From Paraphysomonas bandaiensis (lineage: Eukaryota > Protista > Chrysophyceae): a stretch of 19,530 nt of DNA. The DNA is taken from positions 1-19,530 of the forward strand of contig CBFFRP010000654.1 in the NCBI GenBank assembly GCA_965644295.1, written 5' to 3'. The translations under genes and the position numbers were made by a program. The stretch's first letter is position 1. Each line of letters opens with the position of its first letter. The notes beneath the pieces are model-generated. The model did no database searches, was not told the origin of the DNA, and saw only the letters and a list, made by a program, of their open reading frames with translations. This document shows positions 1 to 9,739 of this stretch, piece by piece.

Positions 1-2186
1 TTAATCCCTAGGTGTGTGGTCACGACTTTCAGGTATTTTAGACACCAATCATGGGAGGCCTTGTCTGTGATTGTGAGAGGAAGGTCTGCTCCGAGGTAAT
101 GTATCGACTCTAGTGATGTTTGGATAGGGACTGGGTGTGGACGCCACGACCAGTCGTAGAGAATGATGTAGCCAATGGGGTCGGAGGACTTGTTGGAATC
201 TTGTAGGATCGGAAACACTGTGCAAACTACTTTGGGGATAGAGAGTTCCATTCCCGAAAGTACGCAGAACGCAGATATTTGTTGGGCAATGAGTTGGGCA
301 GCGTGTATGGATTTAGCTATTGTGTTAAGATCATCCGCGAAGGAGATCTTTATTTCGCCGGTAGTCGGAGTCGTGAGTTGAATAGTTGGTAACGTTGGAC
401 TCGTTGTTGACAGTTCAATGTCCAGCCACGTGAGAAGGATGTCGTAGAGTGCCACCCAGGCGCATGTGGATTCTGTGCCCCCTTGGGTGATACCCCTTTC
501 GGCTTCGAAACCCAGACTGAATAGTGCAATGAAGTGGCCGTCTGCGGACAGGAGGTCAAGGAGAGAACGTGGCTCTATGTTGTTTGCCATGAATGGTGTC
601 CAGGGAAATGTTAGACCGCCGGCATCTAAGTTGCCAAACCAGTCAACTACATCGTCCGGAACGCCCAGTCGTGCCCACGCGAGACGCATGAGGTTAGGCG
701 CAATTGAGTCGAAGGCCTTCTTGAAGTCCCAGAGTGTACATATATGCTGGTCGCCTTTTCGTCTTGCTTCTTCTGCAGCCGCGAGTACCCTTAGTATCGC
801 TGTGTCCGTCCCGTTCCTCCAGCGATAACCATGCTGGGACGGATGCAAAACTTTCTGTTCCTCCCATACGGTAAGAATTCTATGAGTGATTATCCTTGTT
901 AATATTTTCCTACTGACTTCAAGCAGACCAATCGGTCGGAGATTAGTGAGGGAGGATTCTCCTGGTTTCTTGAGAATGGGAGACATTACCCTGTCTCTCC
1001 ACCAAATGGGCACATGTTTATGTTTCCAGAGAGATCTGGTGAGGATGTAAGCCTCTCGCTGAACTACCGGTGGCCAGGATTTGACCATGTTGGAGGAGAC
1101 CATTGAGGGTCCAGGCGCGCGGTTGAAGGAGAGAGAGTGAAGTGTGCAGTAGAATTCATCCTGGGTGATGTCTTTTGCAAGAGTAGATTTGAGTGTGGCT
1201 GCCATGGCCGGAGTGGTCTTGGTACAAAGGGCCCGTCGTAACCCCAGTTGCAGGGGAAGAGGGATTTTCGAGCGGGGGTGGAGTGGTTCCTGGCATGTCG
1301 CTGAGCCCGGATCAAGAAGGGATTTCCACCATGTAGGGTCATCCTGGAGCTGTTGTGCTACAGGGTCAAGTCCAGGAGGTTTGGCATGATGTTCACGGAA
1401 GTGCGCATTAATGCCTTCATGAATGTCTTGCGGTGTTGTGAGGATGTGTCCGTCAGTTGTTTTCACCGTGGTAAGTCGGAGTGGTGTTTTGACCTTGAGA
1501 CCAATTTTCTGAAGAATTGCTTGAAGTCTTTTCTGCTGTAGCAGTGCCTCCATCTGATTGGTGCGAGCCGTGAGTCTAGTCCGCATTTCTGTCCTGGCTC
1601 TTCCATGAAGAAGTCCTCTCAGTCGCAAGGCAATTCGGAGAAGGTTTTTCTTGGTGGCTTGCTTTTCGTTCCAACCCAGGATTACTCGTGGGTCCGCGTT
1701 GCGATGGCTGCACCAGAAGTTGATGTCTGATATGCCTTTGATGTGACCCTGAGAACTCCTGAGATAGGAGTCCCATCGGATGAACCATGCAGTGATGATT
1801 TCGTGGGTGGGGGTGGTTGCCGGGGGGCCGCGCCATCCATGCCGTTTGTATCCGGCAGAATTGAACATCTTTTGGATAATCCGCAAAACCATGATCATTC
1901 CTTCCTGTATTACTCTCATTTCCGGGGAAAAGCCATTCTTGAACTTTGAGCGTTTGCGCTGACAACGTTCGTGTAGTCGTGTGCTATAAGTACATGCAGG
2001 ACGCTTCGCTTCAAGCGAAGCCTGGAGGGTTATGTGATGGATGGCCGCTAGTCTGTTGGCTGCCACCTCAGGAGGGAGTATGGCAGACGATCCGTTGTCT
2101 AAATGTGGTAGTTGTGCATGAAGTTGGAGGAGTCTTGCGGTGTATGCCTGTACTTCCTTGGAGTCCTTCGGGTTTACATTGAGACG
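1..2186 (-). CDS. LINE polyprotein, reverse transcriptase part (frameshifted continuation, partial, open to the window edge)
   Basis: My manual translation; absent from the ORF track because there is no stop before the edge. The frame is stop-free from 2378 to 1 and contains RAPGPS, PILKKPG, NLRPIGLLEVSRKI, QHGYR, WDFKKAFDSI, GITQG, FADD (330-341) and HYLG. Confidence 0.92.
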
Positions 2187-5100
2187 GGGGGATTCGGAGG
2201 TGCGACTCAGGTGGTCGAGGGTCAAGATTGACTGGTACAGTGAAACCGACCCAGACCGGTCGATGATCGAAGGCTGCTGCGAGTAGTGAGGGGGAGTCAA
2301 GGCAGCCAGTGTCCGTAACAGACATGTTCGGAAGTAACGGCGTGTGTAGAATATGATCGATCCGCGATATTCCTTTGTCTAATCTGTGGAAGGTATGATA
2401 TGTTTTCCTGGGTAGGAGAAGCTCATGGAGTGGTGCAGCCAGTTGGAGTTTGTCGGCAAGTGGTCGTATGTCTCTGCCTTTCGGATTTGTCTCCATGGAG
2501 CCATTGAAGTCGCCGGCGACAATGACAGTATGGTCCTTGGCTCTGGCTTTAGTGACCCATTTCGTAAGGATGTTGCATAGGAGCTTGTAGGGGTCAGCAG
2601 TACAGATACCACGGGACGCTCTCCCTAGCTTGGTCAATTTGCTCCATAATGTGCAAGAGCCTGGCGTGGATGGCTTCGGGGGTAGATAGACGCTTATTAG
2701 TACTAGGGTGTGCGCCACCGACGTTTTGAACTCTAGTCGGCTCACTAAACCAAGTCCCGTAAAGTCAGCCTTTGTGAAGGCGAGACGGCGCTTCCAGTAT
2801 TCGCTGATTATGACTACTGTACCCCCCATTAGTGGGTCTCTTGAAGTCAGTTTTGGCTGCTTGCTGAGGAAGAGGCATATTCTTGATCCCTGGATTGCAT
2901 CTTCTATGATACGTGTGAAGAAGTTGGCCTGAGTTTCTGTTAGACGGACATCCTGTAATAGGAGCACGTCCAATTTTTGCCGCTTAAAGTGTCGGATGAT
3001 AGCTTGGACTTTGCCTGTGTGAGATGCCGGATTGCCATTTGTGTTCCATGTGGAGAGTCGGAGTCCCATGGCTGCTCCCGAGGGAGCCTTGGGGATGCTG
3101 CTGGAGGTCTCTGTAGGAGTTCCACTCTTGTCTGCAAGGAGTCTGTCCCATACTGCTTTATTGGCACCGCCTATGTCGCTGTCGTACGCAGCCCTGGCTT
3201 GGATTAATATCTCAAGTGGCCAGCGTTGATCACACCAGTAATGATGCCCGTAGTTGATGAGAAGTTCTTCATCCTTAGCAATGGGACGTATTGTACGGAC
3301 ATAGAGGCGTTTATTTTTCGTGACAAACTTGACATTAGCCATGTTTGTGGCTAGGGGGTCATTAATATACCCAGCTTCGCATGTTACACATTGTCGGACT
3401 TGGTCAAAGCCATCTATTGCGAAGGTACCAGTACTGTCTTGAACTATGTAATCAGAACGCCTTGCAGACTGACTCAGCTTTGTTAGTGGATAGCGTTTGC
3501 CTTTGTACTCAGCAATGATGACGTCTGCTGGGAATGTGTTCTTCGCATAAAGGGATAGTCCTTTGGCAGTGTTATCGGCGTACGCAATGTAGAACTTTCT
3601 TGACCAGTCCTTGTCCCAGCTGGTGGTATCAAGTGCTGGAGTTGGTCTGATCGTTCGTGTGGTCGTGGATTGGTGTGAGTTGTGAAGGTTCGTTGGTTGG
3701 TCACTTTCATCGTAATTTACGACCTTTTTGGCTTTCCGGGTTGGCTGGCATCGACTTGTCAACGCAGTTTGGGCGTGTTTCAACTGCATCTTCTTGTGCG
3801 ATGGTAGTGCTCCAGGGGTTGAAGCCTGCAGAATCTGTCGATTTGTTCGTGCTAACTTGGTGCTGCTGGACGAGGTTGTTCCGGTGCTGGTCGTCTTTGA
3901 TGTCCTATTGTTGTTCGTGATTGAGTCCGCGGGAAGTGTAGGTGGAGCGATGGGGTCAGACGTTGAGAGTATACTGGTGGCCAAGGTGTTTTCAAGAGAT
4001 AGTAGGGCGTTGTCTAGGGCAGTAGAAAGACCGGCAGGGTCTAAGAGGAAGTAGTGAGCATCTTGTAGTATGACATGGTAGTAGTTATCACGAATAGCGT
4101 TCCTAAGTTCCTCCACCTTCCATGCGATGTTATAAGCTGCTTTGTCAGTAGGGATGCCTACAATGCTGAGATAATTACCATTTTGCGCCCACGTCGTGCA
4201 GGGGTTGATAGTAGAGGCTAAAAGGTGGACCTCTCGCACTGAGAGCCAGTGAGTTATGTCGTCCTCCGTAGTGTATGTTGTTTTGGCAGGTATTAAAAGT
4301 GCGGCCTGTGCGTGATCCAACTTATGTCGTAGTGGCTGAAGTGTGTGATGGGCCATGCACTCCCGTTGCATTGTGTCGAACGCTTGGGTGCCTAATGTAT
4401 TTATAAAAGATGCTAGCGTGTGACGGTCCTTGCGTTGTTTGAGGTCTAATTTCAGACAGGAGCGAGTGTGTCGCCTGCTTGAAGCAAGAATGTGCAGATG
4501 ATAGAGTGTGCTGTATGCGCAGTATCCATCACTTGGGATATGTTGTTGTGTGCGAAGGGCTGAGGGTCTGAGGGTGAGGCGATAGACTCTGCTCATGTCG
4601 CACATATGGAGCCTGAGTTGTCGACGGTCCGTGGGGTTCATCTGCCGTAGTTGACGTCGAGCTCTCGGTGACAAGGAGACTGCAATTACTTCCCTCTGTT
4701 CCTGTTGCTCTCTTTGCTCATGTAGCATAGATGGTACAGTTGACGGTTCAGAAGTCCAGATGATGTTGGTGCTCTGTCTGGAGGTCTGGTGTTGTAGAAA
4801 ACAGGATAGCCGCTCCTGAGTTCGTGTTAGAGCGTGCATGATGGAGGTGGGGATATTTGTTGCATTTAGTATGTGAAACCCATGCTGGCTGCGTATGATG
4901 TCATGGGTTACCACAGTGTTGGTAGAAGCGTGCACTGTTAGTGCCTGTCTGGAGAATGGTGATAGCTGTGCCCAACCAGGCGCCAGGTGCGGTTGAACAG
5001 CGTCCCATAGTCTGTATGGTATGGAGAGAAGATCGAGTAGCAGTTGGAAGTCCTCCGTGTCTAGATGTAGTCCTGTGTGTGGATTCGAGGATTCATATTG

Positions 5101-5292
5101 CATAAGTGTCTTACGGAGAGTGACAGTGGCTGTTGAGGGAATACCCTTTGTCAGGCAAAGGGTCCGCACATGCCTAGATACAACATGAGTGGAGTCTGCC
5201 CAGGGTTTGTTGCCATTCGCGAGATGCTGGGCAACTAGTAGGGCGCTGTGCGTGGTGTCCAATTTGTGCTCTGGTAGCGTGAATGATATCAT
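2068..5292 (-). CDS. LINE polyprotein, N-terminal part: OTU-like protease (about 4042-4542), SET domain (about 3235-3597), APE/EEP endonuclease (about 2240-3063)
   Basis: 1074-aa ORF with ATG in GCCAACATG context. OTU-like motifs IPSDGYC...WLSVREVHLLA...QDAHYF. SET motifs KGLSLYA...EYKG...YINDP...EELLINYGHHYW. APE motifs LSTWNTNG, VLLLQD, VAGDFNG, SRIDHI, DHRPV. Confidence 0.9.
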   Translation of the reverse strand: MISFTLPEHKLDTTHSALLVAQHLANGNKPWADSTHVVSRHVRTLCLTKGIPSTATVTLRKTLMQYESSNPHTGLHLDTEDFQLLLDLLSIPYRLWDAVQPHLAPGWAQLSPFSRQALTVHASTNTVVTHDIIRSQHGFHILNATNIPTSIMHALTRTQERLSCFLQHQTSRQSTNIIWTSEPSTVPSMLHEQREQQEQREVIAVSLSPRARRQLRQMNPTDRRQLRLHMCDMSRVYRLTLRPSALRTQQHIPSDGYCAYSTLYHLHILASSRRHTRSCLKLDLKQRKDRHTLASFINTLGTQAFDTMQRECMAHHTLQPLRHKLDHAQAALLIPAKTTYTTEDDITHWLSVREVHLLASTINPCTTWAQNGNYLSIVGIPTDKAAYNIAWKVEELRNAIRDNYYHVILQDAHYFLLDPAGLSTALDNALLSLENTLATSILSTSDPIAPPTLPADSITNNNRTSKTTSTGTTSSSSTKLARTNRQILQASTPGALPSHKKMQLKHAQTALTSRCQPTRKAKKVVNYDESDQPTNLHNSHQSTTTRTIRPTPALDTTSWDKDWSRKFYIAYADNTAKGLSLYAKNTFPADVIIAEYKGKRYPLTKLSQSARRSDYIVQDSTGTFAIDGFDQVRQCVTCEAGYINDPLATNMANVKFVTKNKRLYVRTIRPIAKDEELLINYGHHYWCDQRWPLEILIQARAAYDSDIGGANKAVWDRLLADKSGTPTETSSSIPKAPSGAAMGLRLSTWNTNGNPASHTGKVQAIIRHFKRQKLDVLLLQDVRLTETQANFFTRIIEDAIQGSRICLFLSKQPKLTSRDPLMGGTVVIISEYWKRRLAFTKADFTGLGLVSRLEFKTSVAHTLVLISVYLPPKPSTPGSCTLWSKLTKLGRASRGICTADPYKLLCNILTKWVTKARAKDHTVIVAGDFNGSMETNPKGRDIRPLADKLQLAAPLHELLLPRKTYHTFHRLDKGISRIDHILHTPLLPNMSVTDTGCLDSPSLLAAAFDHRPVWVGFTVPVNLDPRPPESHLRIPPSQCKPEGLQGSTGIHRKTPPTSCTTTTFRQRIVCHTPS

Positions 5293-5431
5293 GTTGGCTT
5301 GTATTGAGCAGCAACAATTATGAATTATACTGGCAACCGTCTAATTCAATATGAAAGAATATTTCTACTGCTTTTAAATCTGCTGTAACTGTGTTTACTG
5401 ATATTGCTACAGCTCTTTAAGAGAATTAGTT

Positions 5432-5563
5432 AGATAGCTATATGCGTATGTCATGTTTTCAACATCAGGATATTCGGTTGGAGCGTTTGCACTTCCAAGA
5501 GAGGCAAATGCAGCAATATGATAATATATTATTACAAAACTCAAGTAGCAGGGGCAACATGTA
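5432..5563. repeat. Dispersed direct repeat, copy A (about 130 bp, upstream of the LINE ATG)
   Basis: 5432-5522 aligns ungapped to 7291-7381 with 78/91 identities by manual count. Similarity continues with gaps to 5563/7423. Confidence 0.85.
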
Positions 5564-5896
5564 GATTACATCTAGGCCAATTTTAGTTAGTTCAAATAAT
5601 GTTCAAATCTTTTTAGCATCTTGAAAAAGTGTATTTTACTAAACTTTTTGTTGCGTAGTGCGCTCAAATTATATAATGTTGTGCTTTACATATTACTTCA
5701 ATTTCTAACAACACAGACATTCGATCTTGTGGTATTATCAGCCTCTTTCGCGGGCCCCTACCCCAAAAAGGGCATCCCCTTGATTAACCGCGCCTATTGA
5801 CACTGAAGGACTACACGTTCGTAGCCAGCTCTCACACTTACTTACCAGGTATATCAACATTTTGCTTGCTCACTGCGTTAAGTGATAGAGAAAAAA

Positions 5897-5951
5897 TGGT
5901 TGCACCTTGGTGCTTGCGGTGACGCACAAGCAGCTTTCGTAGCGCAAAATA
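5897..5951 (+). repeat. Conserved hairpin motif, copy 1 (TGGTnnnACCTTGGTGCTTGCG-GNRA-CGCACAAGC)
   Basis: Contains the 16-nt core ACCTTGGTGCTTGCGG found identically in four places. Loop is GTGA. Confidence 0.85.
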
Positions 5952-6027
5952 ATTATTTAGCAATAGGCATGTATGTAAGTGTTAAAACTAAACAGAAATC
6001 TATCTTGTACTGTATACTAATATGCGA

Positions 6028-6090
6028 CTATTTGACGCTACGGAGGCTGCTTCTGCATCGCCGCAAGCACCAAGGTGCGACCACCTCCGT
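6028..6090 (-). repeat. Conserved hairpin motif, copy 2
   Basis: 53/63 ungapped identity to 14381-14443 by manual count. Loop is GCGA. Inverted relative to copy 1. Confidence 0.85.
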
Positions 6091-7290
6091 GTTTTGTCCT
6101 TAAGGTGAACTAGCCTGGATGCTTGACTTCAGCAGGTAGCCCAATATCCCGGATTTCTTTGAGGTGGGCCCATTCCCGAATGCCTGTTTATTCATCAAGA
6201 CCCAAAGACGTCTACACAAGTACCACCTCCTGTACCCACACAAGCATTGGGCTATGAGTGGGCAGAAAATTTTCTGCTGATGAGTATATATAGGCGGATC
6301 ACGTTAGTATCCCAGAGAAATAATTCAGTCAGCTCAAAACAATAAGAAACAAAAAGTTGAGTACGAGACGCACGAGTCATGTAGAATGTACTGCAAATGC
6401 CTGTTTTTAGGGTACCTATATAATCTTATTATCATAATATACATACATAATAATCATATATATACTATAACCTTTGAAGTGTCTCTCGTAACTTGCCGCT
6501 AAGTTGTTGTCATACTATCCATCATTATATTATTTGATGTCGAAAGTATTTTTGTTGTGTACCTGAGTATATAAGTCTCTTACATTTTTTGTTCATTAAA
6601 TATATATATATATAGGTGTTACACAACATATATATAATAGATATTTTATGGACATGTCGCTGCTTACCTCAGAAATAATACCTCTAAATTGTGTATAATA
6701 ATATGTTAGAAACTAGTTCGCCAACTGCGAATGTTGGTGACAAACGATGACAATCTGATTCTGGGTCCGATACTAGTTCTTCAACCACTGAATATAATTA
6801 CTTTCAGTTAAACTGGTTGCATTTATCTTCCTCGTAGCAGCATTTTTCCTGTTGACCTCACGTCGTGCTTCTCGTCCAATGTACGGTGCATTGAGCGCAC
6901 TTCTCGGTTCGTCATGTAAAAATCCATCTGACTCTTGAATAACTAATCGTGGAGGGATGCACTTAATTGCAGCTAACTTGTGCCCGATGTATTGAACAGT
7001 AGGTTGTGCTCTAATACCTGGGCGGCCACAAAGACTTCTTGTTCCACGTTCACGTGCTTCAACATGCATTTCTAATACACCTGTTCCACCAAAAAGTCTG
7101 GTTTTAAATGGAACATTAGACCACATATACTCTCTCCGCCATCATCTCAACAATTTCTATATAATTGTCACCAGCACATGCTTTGTAAGTTGTTTTGACG
7201 CCTAAAGGGGATCCTCTGAGGGTGATTCTCTGAAATAGTGACTCTTTCAAAAACGAATTGTACTACTACTACTGTAAGTAGTAGTGCTGA

Positions 7291-7423
7291 AGATAGCTAT
7301 ATGCGTGTGCAATGTATCCAAAGTCAGGCTATTTGGTTGGAGCGTTTGCAATCTCAAGAGAGGCAAATGCAGCTATATGATGAGAATATGATAGTACAAA
7401 ACACAAAGCAGGGCCAACTTGTA
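7291..7423. repeat. Dispersed direct repeat, copy B
   Basis: Shares AGATAGCTATATGCGT, GGTTGGAGCGTTTGCA and CAAGAGAGGCAAATGCAGC blocks with 5432-5563. Confidence 0.85.
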
Positions 7424-7935
7424 ACGCAATAAATACTGCTAATAACAACTATAATTGCGACTTTTTCTTTATCTTTAACCTCTCAGATACAAATTACAGT
7501 AAAATAATAACTCAATCTGGTGAAATCGCATTACCAGGTTTTGGTATTACCTCGGTTAAATATGCATTTTAGATAGGACGCTACCTCAAAAATGTATTGC
7601 AATATATTTTTCTCGGCCCTTGATTATATAGGTACATGTGTAGTCAGCAGGGCAAGGTAAAAATATATTGGATTGCAATATATTGCAATTATTTATTTCA
7701 AGCAAACATGTTTGTTATTATTTTCGTCATTCGCATATATTTCAGTGGCAAAAGAGTGTATGCGCAGTCGTGACCGTTTAGTGTTTGAGCTACTGTAAAA
7801 CCATATAGTGTCGCATGAATAGTGGATTGCATGTATATTCCCATACCACCTTTCTCGTGCGGGTCGTGGTTTATAATGTACACAGGGAATACGCCTCAGA
7901 TTTACAAAGATCTCTATTATTTAGTCGACAACTAT

Positions 7936-9202
7936 CTAAGTCAAATTCGTGCTGCAACCAGGGCAATTATGAAGAGAGTCGTGAATGAAAATATCGCACT
8001 CCACACAGAATAGATTCGTACATTTAGGACACTTCATGCGCATAGAATCGCTAGTAAATCTAAAAAGGCACCCATAGCAGGAGGCTGAATTGGCAGTTTT
8101 AGTCTCTAAATTCTTTGTACACTCAGTGAAGTTATCAACAGGGAAAAGGTGGTGATGAGAACGCGCAATATGAGAAGAGGAGTTTAGCTGGAGGGAACAT
8201 ACGGCGCATTGACTGGGGATCTCTGTAACCCGAGCGCCGCATCTGGGACATACGTAAGACGTGGACGCCACTGTAACTCGTCTAGCCTCGAAAGCAAACA
8301 GCGGTACAGGGTCGAAATGTCGACTCGGAAAACCCATATACACAAAATCTGTAAACTGAGAGGAACTGGATTTGGCTTCAGGAGGAGGAGTGGTATGACG
8401 TAGCAACAGCTCGTTGAGATGCAGGGTATCTAATGCAAGGGTGAATGTTCCGTTGGTTAGCTCCGCCAGTTTGCGACATATGTATATCTCCGCAGACAGA
8501 CAAATTACGTTACATCGTATCTTCATCTTACGCACTTCCTGTTGCAAAATTAACTACCCAATTTGAACCATAGCAGAAAAAATCTCACCTCTATGACCTT
8601 AAAAATGTCACCGGGGTCACAAGTCGCGAGTGATGAATATACAATAACTATCTCTCGACAACCATAGTCCGGTATATCACGCAGGGTTGCCATCGCCAAT
8701 AGCAGAACATTCTGCAGTGAGGCACTACCCTCAGTTCGTAGCAATCCGCCAATGGCCTGTATATGACTCTTGGAATTGCCTGAAGAGCCAGTAAAGAGTA
8801 TAAACCAACTCTAAACCATGAAATACCTGACAAGTCGGTTAACTTTTCTGCGATGCGATCTCTTGTCACAGCAACACTCAGTTGCGAAATGGGGTTCTGA
8901 TCGAAATACTCCAATACAAATTTTTGTGCCGTTGATTTCATAACTTCTAAACGAGAGGGACGATAGTCCGTATCTTTAGCAGACACAGAGCAGTCCAGGA
9001 ACACCATCATATAACGGATCAATCCACGTCTCACAGACTGAGTTAATCTCTGTAGCTTCGCTCGCTTGGATCGCTCCTGGTCATTGTTTATAGTCATGAT
9101 GTTTCCTTCCGAGTCTTCCTTCACACTCTCCCATGTCCTCTTCATGGACTGCTCCCAGCTATAGGAGACACCACCCTCATAGTCGGCCTGCATAGACGCC
9201 AT
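7936..9202 (-). CDS. GTF2H2: General transcription factor TFIIH subunit 2 (p44/Ssl1); exons 9202-8827, 8779-8589, 8538-7936; about 389 aa
   Basis: YSWE...RTWE, RRGLIRYM, DYRPSRL, EYFDQNPISQL, LSGN, SLQN, TCDPGDIF (vWA domain). C4 finger YVCPRC...CAVC, HIARSHHHLFP, and C-terminal CYGC...CPKC...CVECDIFIHDSLHNCPGC. GT-AG introns of 47 and 50 bp give an intact 1170-nt CDS. Confidence 0.95.
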
Positions 9203-9739
9203 TTTAGGGGAGAACACGCTGCTATTACGTATGAGTCAATACTAGACTTAGCATTACTATCATATCGTGCTCTTAAGACTACAATCGTGCTGCCCATATA
9301 CACACACAGTACGAGGAATATACAGCAGCCTACTTTATTCTGCTGTGCGTATGCACGTACAGAGTACTTTTATACAATAAATGCGTAGTTTTGTACGCAC
9401 AAATCTCCCATTTTATGCTTCGTAAATACTCTGTATGAGATACCAGGAACGAGCGGGCTGGACATGCAGAGTAGTTCTGTTGTGTGTACACACCGCACAC
9501 ACACACGTACACATACACACATACCAACACACACAAACACATACTTGCGTTTTTTTCGGTGTGGTTTCTGTGGCTTTGTTTCAATTCACAGCAGCAGTAT
9601 GTACACACACATATACAGACACCAGTCGACCCGTTCAAATTTCTATTTCCCACCTTGTTAGTCAGGCACCCACCCCTCGTCTGGTTAGGAATAGTGTTCT
9701 TCACGTAGTCTATTCGTAGGGTTGAAACCATTCTCAGTC
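9203..9739. promoter_or_regulatory. Putative bidirectional promoter region between divergent GTF2H2 and kinesin genes
   Basis: 537 bp between head-to-head predicted start codons. No specific promoter elements were identified. Confidence 0.45.
9488..9544. repeat. Imperfect (CA)n/(AC)n microsatellite
   Basis: ACACACCGCACACACACACGTACACATACACACATACCAACACACACAAACACATAC. Confidence 0.8.

Larger units (their letters stand above)
1..5563 (-). mobile_element. Non-LTR retrotransposon (LINE) with OTU-like, SET, APE and RT domains; 3' part runs off the left edge; 5' boundary approximate
   Basis: APE motifs in ORF 2068..5292 and non-LTR RT motifs in the frame open from 2378 to 1. The 5' end is estimated from the AT-rich region upstream of the ATG at 5292, including the duplicated block 5432-5563. 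Confidence 0.9.

Noticed and set aside
5741-5795. GC-rich patch upstream of the LINE as an HDV-like 5' ribozyme
   Set aside because: I could not fit the P1/P2/P3/P1.1 nested pseudoknot by eye. A descriptor search would be needed.
5836-5850. ACTTACTTACCAGG resembling the U1 snRNA 5' end
   Set aside because: It does not match ATACTTACCTGG, and no U1 stem-loops or Sm site follow.
6277-6320. CTGATGAG...GAAA as a hammerhead ribozyme
   Set aside because: No stem II pairing between the CUGAUGA and GAAA boxes, and no matching stems I/III were found.
6773-7126. 117-aa orphan ORF as a host gene
   Set aside because: No recognisable motif or splice structure. Mentioned only as possible element-derived sequence.
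7238-7432. 64-aa plus-strand ORF over repeat copy B
   Set aside because: Differences from copy A are mostly non-synonymous with no third-position bias, so the repeat is not conserved as protein.
9330-9731. Overlapping ORFs of 65-133 aa in the intergenic spacer
   Set aside because: They are H/T- or C/V-rich artefacts of the CA microsatellite.
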